NCBI GenBank assembly: GCA_021789975.1 | Contig: JAJYIT010000020.1 | Coordinates: 1,048-65,047 of the forward strand | Reading direction: 5' to 3' | Source of the DNA: Bacteroidota bacterium | GTDB lineage: Bacteria > Bacteroidota > Ignavibacteria > Kryptoniales > JAKASW01 | Length of the DNA stretch: 64,000 bases | Shown: in pieces, positions 38,030-48,357 of the stretch | Layout of the letters: each line of letters starts with the position of its first letter | Numbering within the stretch: the stretch's first letter is position 1 | Position numbers and translations under genes: made by a program | The notes under the pieces: model-generated | Told to the model about the DNA's origin: nothing | The model's database searches: none | The model's input: the letters and a program-made list of their open reading frames with translations, nothing else

Positions 38030-41000
38030 ATGAGTGAGAAATCTACGATACTATTTGCGGGTCCAATAGCGCTTCTGCTTGCCGTCTCGGTGCCTGCATT
38101 TGCTCAGACGTCCGCGACGGCTAACTGGCCGCTGACGAGCGCGGCGTCAACCATGACCGTATCAGGAAACATATCAGCATCGCCGGAAGTGATTTTAGGA
38201 TTGACCCCCGCGTACGAGATTCCGGGAGCCGGGACAAGCAACGCCGTCCAGAAACTTAAACCCGATGCGACAACAAGCGGCAGCGGAGGCACAGGTTCGT
38301 GGCCAGCGGACTCTGCCGCTAATGGCGGAAGGTACGTGCAGTTCAGTATTGGGCCGCAAACCAACTTCAATTTGACAGTTGATTCTATTTCAGTGTTGAT
38401 CGGAGCCAAAGGTGTTCACAACCTCAATGCTTCCGTCTATTATTCCACGAGCAGTACCTTCATCGATTCGGTAAAGATCATGGAGCGGGACAGCCTCATA
38501 TCCAACGCCGTCTCGGACACGACGCTCGACAGTCTCAAAATTCCGGTGACCAACGGTCAAACGCTTTACATCAGAATATACCCGTGGGCGAAAGAAGGAA
38601 TAGCAAGCAACACGAAGTATTTGTATGTTGGCAACCTCACGATATATGGTTCCGCTCAGCCGCTGCCGGTTCCGACTGCCGCGGTCTGGCCTGATTCAAC
38701 GGACCTGAATCCCGTTACTACCGGCCTGATTGTCGCGAAGCAGCAAAGCTTCAGCAGTACTTTGTACAGCTACGGTTTCGGGCTTCTCGGTACGACACAA
38801 GGAGACGAGATATTGACGACTCCTGCAAAGAGCACATGGCCCGCGGAAAGTGCACCCGACTCAGCTTACTATGTCCAGTATGCCGCAACGGTTGCTCCGG
38901 GTGGAACACTCTTTGTCGATTCGCTATCACTTCAAATGGGCGCGAAGTATTCTAAGAACCTGAGGGCAGCAGTCTACTACTCCAATGACTCTACATTCTC
39001 AACAAGAACGGTGCTCGTTCAGGATACTTCGCTATCCGAGAGTCAGTTCACAACTTTCGGAAGCATCATACCAACCGATACCGTAGGCACAGGACAGGTA
39101 TTTTATTTGAGAGTCTACCCCTATGATACAAAAGCGGAAGGATATGCGAAGATTGTGTTCCTGGCGAACGTCGTCATCGCAGGTTATACCACGGGAGTCA
39201 GCGCTTCTTTGCCGAGCATTACCACCACAGTCCCTTCTTACATCTCGACAACCTTCGCATACAGCGGTGGTCTTATATCATCAGATGGAGGCGGACTCGT
39301 GACCGGAAGAGGGGTATGCTGGAGCGTTCAACAGACTCCGACAATTGCAGACAGCACGACACAAGATGGTACAGGTACCGGTCCATTTACGAGTAACATT
39401 ACTAATCTCACGCCTGGCATCACTTATTATGTCGCGGCGTATGCGACTAACATTGCCGGAACTGCTTATGGTGTGGTGGACAGTTTTACGACACTCTCTT
39501 CAGTTGTGCCTCCCTCTGTAACGACCGCTGGAGTCACGCAGGTTCTTGCGAAGACTGCACAGGGTGGGGGCAGCGTTACTTCATGGGGAGGCGACTCAGT
39601 GAAAGTACGAGGCGTGTGCTACAGCGTCCAGTCTTCACCGACAGTTGCCGATAGTGTGACTGTCGATGGAAGCGGGTTAGGCACTTTCGTAAGCGGCCTT
39701 GCTAACCTGACGCCTGCTACGACTTATTATGTCCGCGCGTATGCGACAAACAGCGCTGGGACCGGTTACGGGTCGGTAGATACTTTAACTACTCAACCGA
39801 CGGCGCCTACTGTTATCAAAGTTGTCGCTCAGGATGGCAGCGGTGATTACAAAACTATCCAGGCGGCTTTCGATGCCGTGCCGGATTATTATACCGGCGA
39901 ATGGATCATCTACGTCAAGAACGGTAGTTACTATGAAAAAGATACTCTGGCAGCTTCTAAGACCAATGTTGTCCTCGAAGGCGAGAGCCGCGATAGTACA
40001 ATACTGACTTATGACGATTACTCAGGGAGGGTAGTTGGCAATACAACTATCGGGACGTCCAGCTCATTCACACTCGATGTTGCAGCCAGCGACTTCACAG
40101 CCGAGAACATTACCATCCAGAATACGTCACAGGCAGCTCAGGCTGTAGCCGTGATGAACAACGGAGATCGTCAGGTCTTCTATCACTGCAATATCCTCGG
40201 TTATCAGGATACTTACTACAACTGGGGAGGAAGCGGCGTCGGCCGAATTTATAATAAGGATTGTCTGATCCAGGGGTCGGTAGACTTCATGTTCGGAAGA
40301 GACATAGTTGTAACCGACAGCTGCATCATTCATGAGATCCGCAATGGTGGTACGCTGACTGCCGCAAACACAAACGCGACGACCAACTTTGGGTACGTTT
40401 TCCTTAACGACTCGATCCTGGTTGACTCTGTCGGGTTTGACGGGAATCCGATCACTTCGTTTTATCTTGGGAGACCGTGGCAGGCTGCGCCGAGAGTAGC
40501 TTTCATACATTGCTACGAACCGGCAGCTCTCAATACTGCCGGCTGGCTTGCATGGAATGTCACTCCTGCCCTCTACGCCGAGTATAATTGCTATGGACCA
40601 GGTTCGGACACTACCGGACGGGTTAGCTTCTCGACCCAGTTGGATTCTGCCGAGGCCGCGAATTACACACTCGCAAATATCTTTTCAAAGACTTCCGATC
40701 CCGGACTGGCTTATGACTGGATGCCTGTTATACCTCCTTATCTGATGCCGACAGGAATAAAGGAAAAGGATCCGCTGCCGCAAAATTTCGAGCTCTATCA
40801 AAATTATCCTAATCCTTTCAACCCGACCACGACTATTGAGTACTCCATACCGAGAAATCTTAAGGTGACTGTTGAAATCTATGATGTCCTGGGTCAGCGC
40901 GTGGCAACATTGTCCAATCAATATGAATCCGCAGGATATCACTCGGTCGTTTTCAACGCCGATAAGCTGAGCAGCGGAGTGTATTTCTACCAGGTGAGAG

Positions 41001-41044
41001 CTGGCAACAACGTTGCGGTAAAAAAGCTAATGCTAATCAAGTAG
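38030..41044 (+). CDS. Multidomain secreted pectinesterase: 2 x ~190-aa unknown domain + 2 x ~95-aa FN3-like domain + CE8 catalytic domain + T9SS CTD
   Basis: 1004 aa. RBS GAAGGAGG. CE8 motifs (from about 39800): VVAQDGSGDYKTIQAAF, AQAVAVMNNGDR, GYQDTYY, GSVDFMFG, LGRPWQ. CTD LYQNYPNPFNPTTTIEY...IYDVLGQRVATL...SGVYFYQVRAGNNVAVKKLMLIK. Confidence 0.9.
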   Translation: MSEKSTILFAGPIALLLAVSVPAFAQTSATANWPLTSAASTMTVSGNISASPEVILGLTPAYEIPGAGTSNAVQKLKPDATTSGSGGTGSWPADSAANGGRYVQFSIGPQTNFNLTVDSISVLIGAKGVHNLNASVYYSTSSTFIDSVKIMERDSLISNAVSDTTLDSLKIPVTNGQTLYIRIYPWAKEGIASNTKYLYVGNLTIYGSAQPLPVPTAAVWPDSTDLNPVTTGLIVAKQQSFSSTLYSYGFGLLGTTQGDEILTTPAKSTWPAESAPDSAYYVQYAATVAPGGTLFVDSLSLQMGAKYSKNLRAAVYYSNDSTFSTRTVLVQDTSLSESQFTTFGSIIPTDTVGTGQVFYLRVYPYDTKAEGYAKIVFLANVVIAGYTTGVSASLPSITTTVPSYISTTFAYSGGLISSDGGGLVTGRGVCWSVQQTPTIADSTTQDGTGTGPFTSNITNLTPGITYYVAAYATNIAGTAYGVVDSFTTLSSVVPPSVTTAGVTQVLAKTAQGGGSVTSWGGDSVKVRGVCYSVQSSPTVADSVTVDGSGLGTFVSGLANLTPATTYYVRAYATNSAGTGYGSVDTLTTQPTAPTVIKVVAQDGSGDYKTIQAAFDAVPDYYTGEWIIYVKNGSYYEKDTLAASKTNVVLEGESRDSTILTYDDYSGRVVGNTTIGTSSSFTLDVAASDFTAENITIQNTSQAAQAVAVMNNGDRQVFYHCNILGYQDTYYNWGGSGVGRIYNKDCLIQGSVDFMFGRDIVVTDSCIIHEIRNGGTLTAANTNATTNFGYVFLNDSILVDSVGFDGNPITSFYLGRPWQAAPRVAFIHCYEPAALNTAGWLAWNVTPALYAEYNCYGPGSDTTGRVSFSTQLDSAEAANYTLANIFSKTSDPGLAYDWMPVIPPYLMPTGIKEKDPLPQNFELYQNYPNPFNPTTTIEYSIPRNLKVTVEIYDVLGQRVATLSNQYESAGYHSVVFNADKLSSGVYFYQVRAGNNVAVKKLMLIK

Positions 41045-41052
41045 GAATCAGA

Positions 41053-42207
41053 TTGCAACTCGCCCTTAAAAAATATGGACTTTACTTTCGACAGGGTCTC
41101 AGACAGGTGAGTCGCAATCTCATAGATTCGACCCCGGAGTTGTGGTCCCGGCACCTCAAGCAAGCCATAATTGCTTCTGACCCGGTTGCAGCCTTTCTTT
41201 GCGTTTGTTTCTCCTTCTTGTTGGCGGCCGGGACCGCATACTCCTATTCTGGTTCCCTCGTAACCACAAAGCATCATGGCACATCGAACTCGGCAGCAGT
41301 TGTACCTCGTGATACATCATATACACCCTACAGTGCCGCCAGGAAGATGCACAAGCTCTTTCCGTTTGCCAGGCTGGTGACTGAAAAGCTTCCATCGAAG
41401 GTGAGAGAATATAGTGGGATCGTGTACGAGAAATTGGGAAGGAGGAAACTCTGTCTCAATGTGTTCAAGCCGCGGGGTCCAGAGGGTCGGTATTACCCTG
41501 CCGTACTCATGATCTACGGCGGCGGGTGGCGATCTGGCGATACTTCACTTGTCGTTCCCATGGCAGAGAGGCTTGCGGCAAAAGGCTTCGTCACCGTGAC
41601 CCCGGAGTACCGACTTTCTGTCGAGGCGTTGTACCCTGCTGCGGTGATTGATCTCAAAACGGCGGTAAGGTGGATGCGTGCCAACGCTTCGCACTATTCA
41701 ATCGACACCACAAGAATTGCCTCTTACGGCTGCTCTGCCGGAGGCGAACTTGCATCATTTCTCGGAACTACCGGAGACATCAGACATTTCGATGTCGGAG
41801 AATATCTTGATCACTCCAGTGCAGTCGAAGCAGTCGTAAACGTGGATGGTTTGCTCGACTTCACTGACATCAATTCCACCAGGTATGATAAGAATCCGGA
41901 TAAACCCTCCGCGGCGCATTTGTGGTTTGGTGTCTCATACAGGAATGATCCAGGAATCTGGAAAGCAGCGTCGCCTATCTCTTATGTCAGCAACAGCTCG
42001 CCGCCGATGGTCTTCATTAACAGCGGACAAAAGCATTACCATGCCGGGAGGGACAAGTTTACCAGTAAGCTGAAGGAATATGACATTTATCATGAAGTCC
42101 ATACACTTCCAGGAACGCACCATACGTTTTGGCTATTCCAACCATGGTTTCAGGAAACTCTTGGATACACTACGAAGTTCCTGGACAAGGTATTCAAACT
42201 CAGGTGA
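41053..42207 (+). CDS. Alpha/beta-hydrolase carbohydrate esterase (BD-FAE / Abhydrolase_3-like)
   Basis: MIYGGGWRSGD oxyanion-type motif. Nucleophile elbow GCSAGG. C-terminal HTF... His region. Hydrophobic VAAFLCVCFSFLLAAG near the N-terminus. The start is uncertain: TTG 41053, GTG 41107 or TTG 41140. Confidence 0.75.
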   Translation: MQLALKKYGLYFRQGLRQVSRNLIDSTPELWSRHLKQAIIASDPVAAFLCVCFSFLLAAGTAYSYSGSLVTTKHHGTSNSAAVVPRDTSYTPYSAARKMHKLFPFARLVTEKLPSKVREYSGIVYEKLGRRKLCLNVFKPRGPEGRYYPAVLMIYGGGWRSGDTSLVVPMAERLAAKGFVTVTPEYRLSVEALYPAAVIDLKTAVRWMRANASHYSIDTTRIASYGCSAGGELASFLGTTGDIRHFDVGEYLDHSSAVEAVVNVDGLLDFTDINSTRYDKNPDKPSAAHLWFGVSYRNDPGIWKAASPISYVSNSSPPMVFINSGQKHYHAGRDKFTSKLKEYDIYHEVHTLPGTHHTFWLFQPWFQETLGYTTKFLDKVFKLR

Positions 42208-42280
42208 ATCTAACTAAGATGCTCGAGACGAAAAGTAATTTCAGAGCAGAGAATTTTTTCCAATCATTCGGGAGGCTGAC

Positions 42281-43942
42281 ATGAGACTCAAACATTTACG
42301 GCGATTCATTTCTATCTGCGAGGCAGCGGCGCTTGTTATGCTCATGGGCAATTCGGCATGGTCACAGACGAAGCTCGAGACAGAGGTAAACTCCTATCTG
42401 GTCGATCTGCCCTTCAACAGCTTCAGCATTTCCTTGCCGGCTTTTCCTGAGAGATCATTTGATATCAGAAAATTTGGTGCGGTCGGCGACGGACACACGA
42501 TGAACACCGCGAGTTTCAGGAAAGCCATCGATGCGTGCTCGGAAGCGGGGGGCGGAACGGTCATCGTTCCGCCGGGCTTGTGGCTCACCGGCCCAATTGA
42601 ACTCAAGAGTAATGTCAACCTGCATGTCGAGCGTGGGGCGTTGATTTTGTTCAGTCCAAACCATGAGGATTATCCGATCATCAAATCCCCTCACAGGGGC
42701 TTCCTCGTCGCGCCGCCAATCTATGGATTCAACCTCGTGAACATTGCGATAACTGGAACGGGACTTATCGATGGAAACGGAACAACGTGGCGACCGGTCA
42801 AGAGGTACAAAGTTACCGAATCCCTTTGGAAGCAATTCGTAGAATCCGGAGGTGTGGTAAGTCCGGACGGCAAAATGTGGTGGCCGTCGGAAGCGGCGAT
42901 GAACGCACCGCAGGGATTGGCAAAACTTCGCGAGGAAAGGAAGAAGTTGACGGCAAATGATTTCCTCCAATTTCGCGATTTCCTTCGTCCAAAACTTGTA
43001 TTCCTCGACGACTGCAAACGAGTATTGATAGACGGAGTTACTCTGGAAAACTCGCCGGCGTTTGCCTTTAACCCGAATTTCTGTGAAGACATGGTCGTGA
43101 TGAATGTGAAGGTAAACAATGAATACTGGGCACAGAACGGCGATGGAATCGACATCGGCTCAAGCAAGAGAGTTCTGGTCAACAATTGCACCGTGACTGC
43201 GGGTGACGACGGAATCTGCATGAAGTCGGACCGACAGAAAAATTCGAAGGGGCCTGAGCTTGAAAATGTGGTCATTGCAAACTGTGTCGTCTACCATGCC
43301 CATGGTGGTTTCGTGACCGGAAGCAACACAGACGGCGGTATGCACAACATTTACGTGCACAACTGCGACTATGTCGGTACAGATGTGGGACTCCGCTTCA
43401 AGAGCGCGAGAGACAGAGGCGGTGTTGTAGACAACATCTATGTGAGGGACATCTATATGAAGGACATCGTAAGACAGGCGATTTTGTTCGACACGTACTA
43501 CGAGAAGGTGGACATGCAAGCGAAGTCTTTTCCCGTAACGGACAGGACACCGATCTTCAAAGACATTCATATAGATAGTCTCTATTGTGACGGTGCAAAT
43601 GATGCGGCGCTTGTGGTCGGATTGCCGGAGATGCCGATCCAGAATGTCAGCATATCTAACGCATTTATCAAAGCAGATCGCGGATTCCTGTCCGACTACG
43701 CAACCGGTTTTGTCCTTCGCAATGTCAAGATTGTCCCGAAGGAAGGGGCAATCTACAGCTTGAATCAGACGAAAGATATGACGATTGATCGCGGGGCCGC
43801 TCCTGCCGGCACGAAAATTTTCATGAAAGTAGACGGAGCACTTTCAGACAAGATCCTAATTCGGAATACCGGACTGACTTCAGTCAAGATTCCGATAGAA
43901 TACGGTCCTGATGCGAACAAGAACTCTGTGACTCAAGAATAA
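42281..43942 (+). CDS. GH28 glycoside hydrolase (polygalacturonase / exo-galacturonosidase type)
   Basis: 553 aa. Signal peptide present. NGDGIDIGSS, AGDDGICMKSD, AHGGFVTGS, LRFKSARDRGG. Confidence 0.9.
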   Translation: MRLKHLRRFISICEAAALVMLMGNSAWSQTKLETEVNSYLVDLPFNSFSISLPAFPERSFDIRKFGAVGDGHTMNTASFRKAIDACSEAGGGTVIVPPGLWLTGPIELKSNVNLHVERGALILFSPNHEDYPIIKSPHRGFLVAPPIYGFNLVNIAITGTGLIDGNGTTWRPVKRYKVTESLWKQFVESGGVVSPDGKMWWPSEAAMNAPQGLAKLREERKKLTANDFLQFRDFLRPKLVFLDDCKRVLIDGVTLENSPAFAFNPNFCEDMVVMNVKVNNEYWAQNGDGIDIGSSKRVLVNNCTVTAGDDGICMKSDRQKNSKGPELENVVIANCVVYHAHGGFVTGSNTDGGMHNIYVHNCDYVGTDVGLRFKSARDRGGVVDNIYVRDIYMKDIVRQAILFDTYYEKVDMQAKSFPVTDRTPIFKDIHIDSLYCDGANDAALVVGLPEMPIQNVSISNAFIKADRGFLSDYATGFVLRNVKIVPKEGAIYSLNQTKDMTIDRGAAPAGTKIFMKVDGALSDKILIRNTGLTSVKIPIEYGPDANKNSVTQE

Positions 43943-43956
43943 CTATAGGAACTAAT

Positions 43957-45423
43957 ATGAACTTAAGGAATCAACATTTCGGCAAACAGATTCATAGTGT
44001 AATACTCTTCGCGTTTACAGCCTTTGCCGTCTTCTCGATTACCGCAGTCACTGGATCAGTGGCAAGTGTCGAGGCACGGCAAGGTGATGGGACAGGAGAC
44101 TGGAATAGGGTTCCGGGTATTTTGAAAAACATCGTCGCTCCAAAATTTCCTGACCGGGACTTCGTGATCACAAAGTACGGAGCTGTTCCGGACGGGAAGA
44201 CCCTTTGCAGTGCAGCAATCGAGAAAGCCGTGGAAGCCTGTGCGGAGGCCGGTGGTGGAAGAGTGGTGATTCCCCGCGGGACTTTCCTTACCGGAGCGAT
44301 CCACCTCAAGAGCAACGTCAATCTCCACATCTCGGAAGGAGCGGTCCTAAGGTTCAGCACAGATCCCAATGATTACTTGCCTCTTGTGCTTACCCGGTAC
44401 GAGGGCATCGAGTGCATGAACTACTCTCCCCTGATCTACGCTTACGGCCAGAAGAACGTGGCCGTAACCGGGAAGGGTATACTCGATGGTCAGGCTGATA
44501 ATCAACATTGGTGGCCGTGGGTGGGAAATCCGAAGTTCGGCTGGAAGAAAGGCCAGCCGAGCATGAGAGATCGGGGTAACCGACCCGGACTGGCAAAGAT
44601 GAACGATGACGACGTCCCGGTTGCAAAAAGGATCTTCGGTCCTGGTCACTACCTAAGACCGACCTTTGTAGAGTTCTATAAATGTACGAACGTTTTGATC
44701 GAGGGTGTGACATTGGAAAATGCACCGTTTTGGTTTCTTCATCCGACTCTGTGCACGAACGTTACCGTGGACGGAATAAAGACGAACAGCAACGGGCCCA
44801 ACACAGACGGATGCGATCCTGAGTCATGCAAGTATGTGCTGATCAAGAATTGCATTTTCAATGACGGAGATGATTGCATCGCGATCAAATCCGGTCGGAA
44901 CGGTGACGGAAGAAGAATAAATATCCCAAGTGCCGACATTATTGTCGAGGACTGTCAGATGAAAGATGGCCACGGCGGAGTCTCAATCGGAAGTGAAGTG
45001 AGTGGTGGATGCCATGATGTCTATGTCCAGAACTGCAAGATGAGCAGCCCTGATCTTGACCAGGCAATTCGTATCAAGTCCAACAAAAAACGCGGCGGAA
45101 CAGTGAGTGACATTTTCGTGCGCGACATAAAAGTCGGACAGGTAAGGGAAGCAATAGTTCGACTGACTCTGAATTATGACCCGCGTGAAGCAGAGGATTA
45201 CAATTTTCTCCCGACAATGAAAAACATCTTCGTGCAAAACGTGACGAGTGAAAAGAGTGAGTATGCACTCTACTTTGACGGGCTGCCAGATTCAAAGATT
45301 AGGAACGTGGTGATCAAGGACTGCAAATTCAGCGGGGTTGAGAGTGGCGACAGAATCTCGGATGTGGAGGGTTTGCATCTGGAGAATGATTTCATTAACG
45401 GAAGACCTGTAAGCGGAGACTAG
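43957..45423 (+). CDS. GH28 glycoside hydrolase
   Basis: 488 aa. Signal/anchor VILFAFTAFAVFSITAVTG. NTDGCDPESC, GDDCIAIKSG, GHGGVSIGSE, IRIKSNKKRGG. Confidence 0.9.
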   Translation: MNLRNQHFGKQIHSVILFAFTAFAVFSITAVTGSVASVEARQGDGTGDWNRVPGILKNIVAPKFPDRDFVITKYGAVPDGKTLCSAAIEKAVEACAEAGGGRVVIPRGTFLTGAIHLKSNVNLHISEGAVLRFSTDPNDYLPLVLTRYEGIECMNYSPLIYAYGQKNVAVTGKGILDGQADNQHWWPWVGNPKFGWKKGQPSMRDRGNRPGLAKMNDDDVPVAKRIFGPGHYLRPTFVEFYKCTNVLIEGVTLENAPFWFLHPTLCTNVTVDGIKTNSNGPNTDGCDPESCKYVLIKNCIFNDGDDCIAIKSGRNGDGRRINIPSADIIVEDCQMKDGHGGVSIGSEVSGGCHDVYVQNCKMSSPDLDQAIRIKSNKKRGGTVSDIFVRDIKVGQVREAIVRLTLNYDPREAEDYNFLPTMKNIFVQNVTSEKSEYALYFDGLPDSKIRNVVIKDCKFSGVESGDRISDVEGLHLENDFINGRPVSGD

Positions 45424-45446
45424 AAAAATCGAAAGGTCAAATCTAA

Positions 45447-46730
45447 ATGACAGCAACAGATTTCCAAACTGAAACCAGGACGGCGGCGAAGACCGGGCAC
45501 TACCGCTGGACCATTTGCGGACTCCTTTTTTTCGCAACTACGATAAACTATATCGACCGGCAGGTGATCGGTATTCTTGCTCCCGTCCTGCAAAAGGAAA
45601 TCGGCTGGAACCAGATCGATTACGGCTACATAATCACCGCCTTCACTGCGGCGTATGCGATCGGCCTTCTTGTGGTCGGCAGATTCATCGACAAGGTGGG
45701 CACGAAGATAGGTTATGCCGTGTCGAGTGTTGTCTGGAGTTTTGCGGCGATGGGCCATGCACTCGTGAACACTGTATTCGGATTTGGCTTCGCGAGGTTC
45801 ATGCTGGGACTCGGAGAATCCGGAAATTTCCCGGCAGCGATCAAAGGAACTGCGGAGTGGTTTCCGAAAAAGGAGCGGGCACTTGCCACAGGGATCTTTA
45901 ATTCAGGAGCAAATATCGGTGCCGTCATCGCTCCACTGGTAGTTCCGTGGATTACACTGACCTGGGGCTGGCACGAAGCATTCGTTTTTACCGGCAGCCT
46001 CGGATTCATCTGGGTCGCATTGTGGCTGTGGCTATACGAAGTTCCGCAGCAGCACAAGAAAGTCACAAAAGAAGAGCTGGCATATATCGAGAGCGATCCA
46101 CCGGAACCCCAGGCAGAAAAAATCCCATGGCTGATGCTTCTTGCGCACAAGCAAACCTGGGCCTTTGTTATCGGCAAGTTTCTTACCGACCCGGTATGGT
46201 GGTTCTATCTGTACTGGCTCCCGCTCTTCCTTAATCAAAGATATGGGTTGAATCTTGCTCAGCTCGGCCTTCCTCTCATTGCGATCTACACGATGACGAG
46301 CATCGGAAGCATTGGAGGAGGATGGCTATCGGGAGTTTTCATAAAGAAGGGATGGTCGATAAATAAAGGGAGAAAAGTCGTCATGCTGATCTGTGCTCTC
46401 CTGATCGTGCCGATAGTTTTTGCGTCGGTTGTGTCTGAATGGTGGGCTGTCTTCCTGATTGGACTGGCGGCGGCATCTCATCAGGGCTGGTCGGCCAACC
46501 TGTTCACTACTGCCTCCGACATGTTTCCAAAAAGAGCCGTAGGCTCGGTGGTCGGTCTGGGAGGAATGGCGGGGGCAATCGGCGGAATGCTTATCGCTAC
46601 TGCAGCGGGTTTCATACTGCAATTCACAGGAAGTTATGTGATCCTTTTCGTCATCTGTGGCACGGTGTACCTCCTCGCGCTCCTCATTTTCCATTTCCTG
46701 GTTCCCAAATTGGATCCCGCAGTAATCTGA
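45447..46730 (+). CDS. exuT: MFS hexuronate transporter
   Basis: 427 aa, about 12 TM segments. N-terminal YRWTICGLLFFATTINYIDRQVIGILAP is typical of the ExuT/ACS family. Confidence 0.85.
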   Translation: MTATDFQTETRTAAKTGHYRWTICGLLFFATTINYIDRQVIGILAPVLQKEIGWNQIDYGYIITAFTAAYAIGLLVVGRFIDKVGTKIGYAVSSVVWSFAAMGHALVNTVFGFGFARFMLGLGESGNFPAAIKGTAEWFPKKERALATGIFNSGANIGAVIAPLVVPWITLTWGWHEAFVFTGSLGFIWVALWLWLYEVPQQHKKVTKEELAYIESDPPEPQAEKIPWLMLLAHKQTWAFVIGKFLTDPVWWFYLYWLPLFLNQRYGLNLAQLGLPLIAIYTMTSIGSIGGGWLSGVFIKKGWSINKGRKVVMLICALLIVPIVFASVVSEWWAVFLIGLAAASHQGWSANLFTTASDMFPKRAVGSVVGLGGMAGAIGGMLIATAAGFILQFTGSYVILFVICGTVYLLALLIFHFLVPKLDPAVI

Positions 46731-46775
46731 TGGAATAGCATTTGACGGCATCAAACTAATTATTTAGGATTAACA

Positions 46776-48338
46776 ATGAGTACTACAGAAGAGAAGAAAA
46801 CTGAAACATACGCGACGGAGTCTCAGACTCTGTCTGTCGGGAACGGAACATCGATCCCGGCATATCCGGATTCGCTAAACATAGTGGCGGGCGAGAAGAT
46901 TTTTGTCGGAAGACAAAACGGGAAGAAGTACTTGTTTGTCGAATCGCCATCGGATGTTGTCACTGCTGCGCAGATGTTCCAGGGTGAAGAACTTGACATT
47001 GATCCTTCCGGGAATCCGGCTGTCAGAGTCAAGCGATGCCCGATGAATCACTATAATGCACAAATTCTGCAGCAGTTGTTCCCCTTTACACGAGCGGTCC
47101 CTATCGGTCTCCACAACTCCTACGGATTTGGCGACCGGTTGGGGCTTGCCAACGCCGGGCATCTCAGGGCCCTGCAGGGCTTCAATTTCAAACCTGTACT
47201 GGCACAGCAGTCCATCCGCGAATTGACTAGAACCCAGCGCACGCCCGAGGAGGTCATGGATGCGGCAGTATGGGCAGTGTACCAGGAAGGTTACAAAAAT
47301 GGATTCGGCGCCGACGCCGACCATCTGAAGACTACCGACGATGTCGATAGGCTAGTCAAAGCCGGATTCACGATGTTCACTATCGATCCAAGCGATCACG
47401 TCGTCGGTGGAGTTGCGGCACTCCTGGATGCGGAACTCCAAAGAAGGGTTGCCGGGTTACCATGGAAGGATTTTGGCGATGACTGGAGCACTCTGTCGGC
47501 AAGGTACGCTGGCAGGGTGTTCAAGCTTGACTCATCAACTTCCATCCTTGCCGGCGAAAGGGAAATCCGCGAGGCCTGCTTGAAATACATGGCTGCAATC
47601 CTGAATATCAAGAGAATTCATTCACACCTCAAAACAAAATACCCGGACTACAATTGTGAAATCGAGGTCTCCATCGATGAGACCGACACAGTGACGACCC
47701 CGTTCGAGCATTTCTTTATTGTGACCGAGCTACGGAGACTCGGCGTTACCTTCGTCAGTCTGGCTCCAAGATTTGTCGGCGACTTTGAGAAGGGAATTGA
47801 ATACAAAGGCAATATCGAGCTGTTCAAAGACCATTACCTGAAACATGTTGCGATCTCAAGGCACTTCGGAACTTACAAAATCAGTTTTCACTCCGGGAGT
47901 GATAAGTTCAGAGTGTACGAAGCCGTCGGTTCGCTTCCGCAGACATTCATTCACGTCAAGACTGCCGGCACGAGTTATCTCGAAGCGTTAAAGGTGGTTG
48001 CGATCCGCGAGCCGGATCTATTCAGGGAGATACTTGATTTTGCTGTTGGTCTTTATGACGCCGAGAGGAAGAGCTACTTCGTCTCTGCCGACATGAAGAA
48101 GATAAAGCGAGGGAAGGACTACAATGACTCAGAACTCGAAGGACTTTTTGCATCCAACGATGTCAGGCAGGCGTTGCATGTGACTTATGGGAGAGTTCTG
48201 ACGGAGAAGGATGGCAAGGCTGATTTTATTTACAGAGACAGGATTTACAGATGTCTTGACCAAAATGAGGATCTTCATTATGAGGTTCTGACTAGGCACT
48301 TTAGGCGCCACCTCATGCCGTTTAAGAACTGGCAATGA
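46776..48338 (+). CDS. uxaE: Tagaturonate/fructuronate epimerase (UxaE)-like protein
   Basis: 520 aa. SYGFGDRLGLANAGHL, PVLAQQSIRELTRTQRT and GFGADADHLKT match my recollection of the UxaE family. Located directly after exuT. The assignment rests on memory and context, not on a search. Confidence 0.5.
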   Translation: MSTTEEKKTETYATESQTLSVGNGTSIPAYPDSLNIVAGEKIFVGRQNGKKYLFVESPSDVVTAAQMFQGEELDIDPSGNPAVRVKRCPMNHYNAQILQQLFPFTRAVPIGLHNSYGFGDRLGLANAGHLRALQGFNFKPVLAQQSIRELTRTQRTPEEVMDAAVWAVYQEGYKNGFGADADHLKTTDDVDRLVKAGFTMFTIDPSDHVVGGVAALLDAELQRRVAGLPWKDFGDDWSTLSARYAGRVFKLDSSTSILAGEREIREACLKYMAAILNIKRIHSHLKTKYPDYNCEIEVSIDETDTVTTPFEHFFIVTELRRLGVTFVSLAPRFVGDFEKGIEYKGNIELFKDHYLKHVAISRHFGTYKISFHSGSDKFRVYEAVGSLPQTFIHVKTAGTSYLEALKVVAIREPDLFREILDFAVGLYDAERKSYFVSADMKKIKRGKDYNDSELEGLFASNDVRQALHVTYGRVLTEKDGKADFIYRDRIYRCLDQNEDLHYEVLTRHFRRHLMPFKNWQ

Positions 48339-48357
48339 TAGTACGATCTATCGGAAG

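Noticed and set aside
408-48335. Dozens of 60-190-aa ORFs overlapping or antisense to the confident + strand genes, for example 1745..2164, 6527..7048, 19240..19629, 22340..22867, 32845..33417, 35119..35610, 42455..43275.
   Set aside because: Each is embedded in a gene with clear family motifs. They lack RBS and start context and have low-complexity or R/S/P-rich composition.
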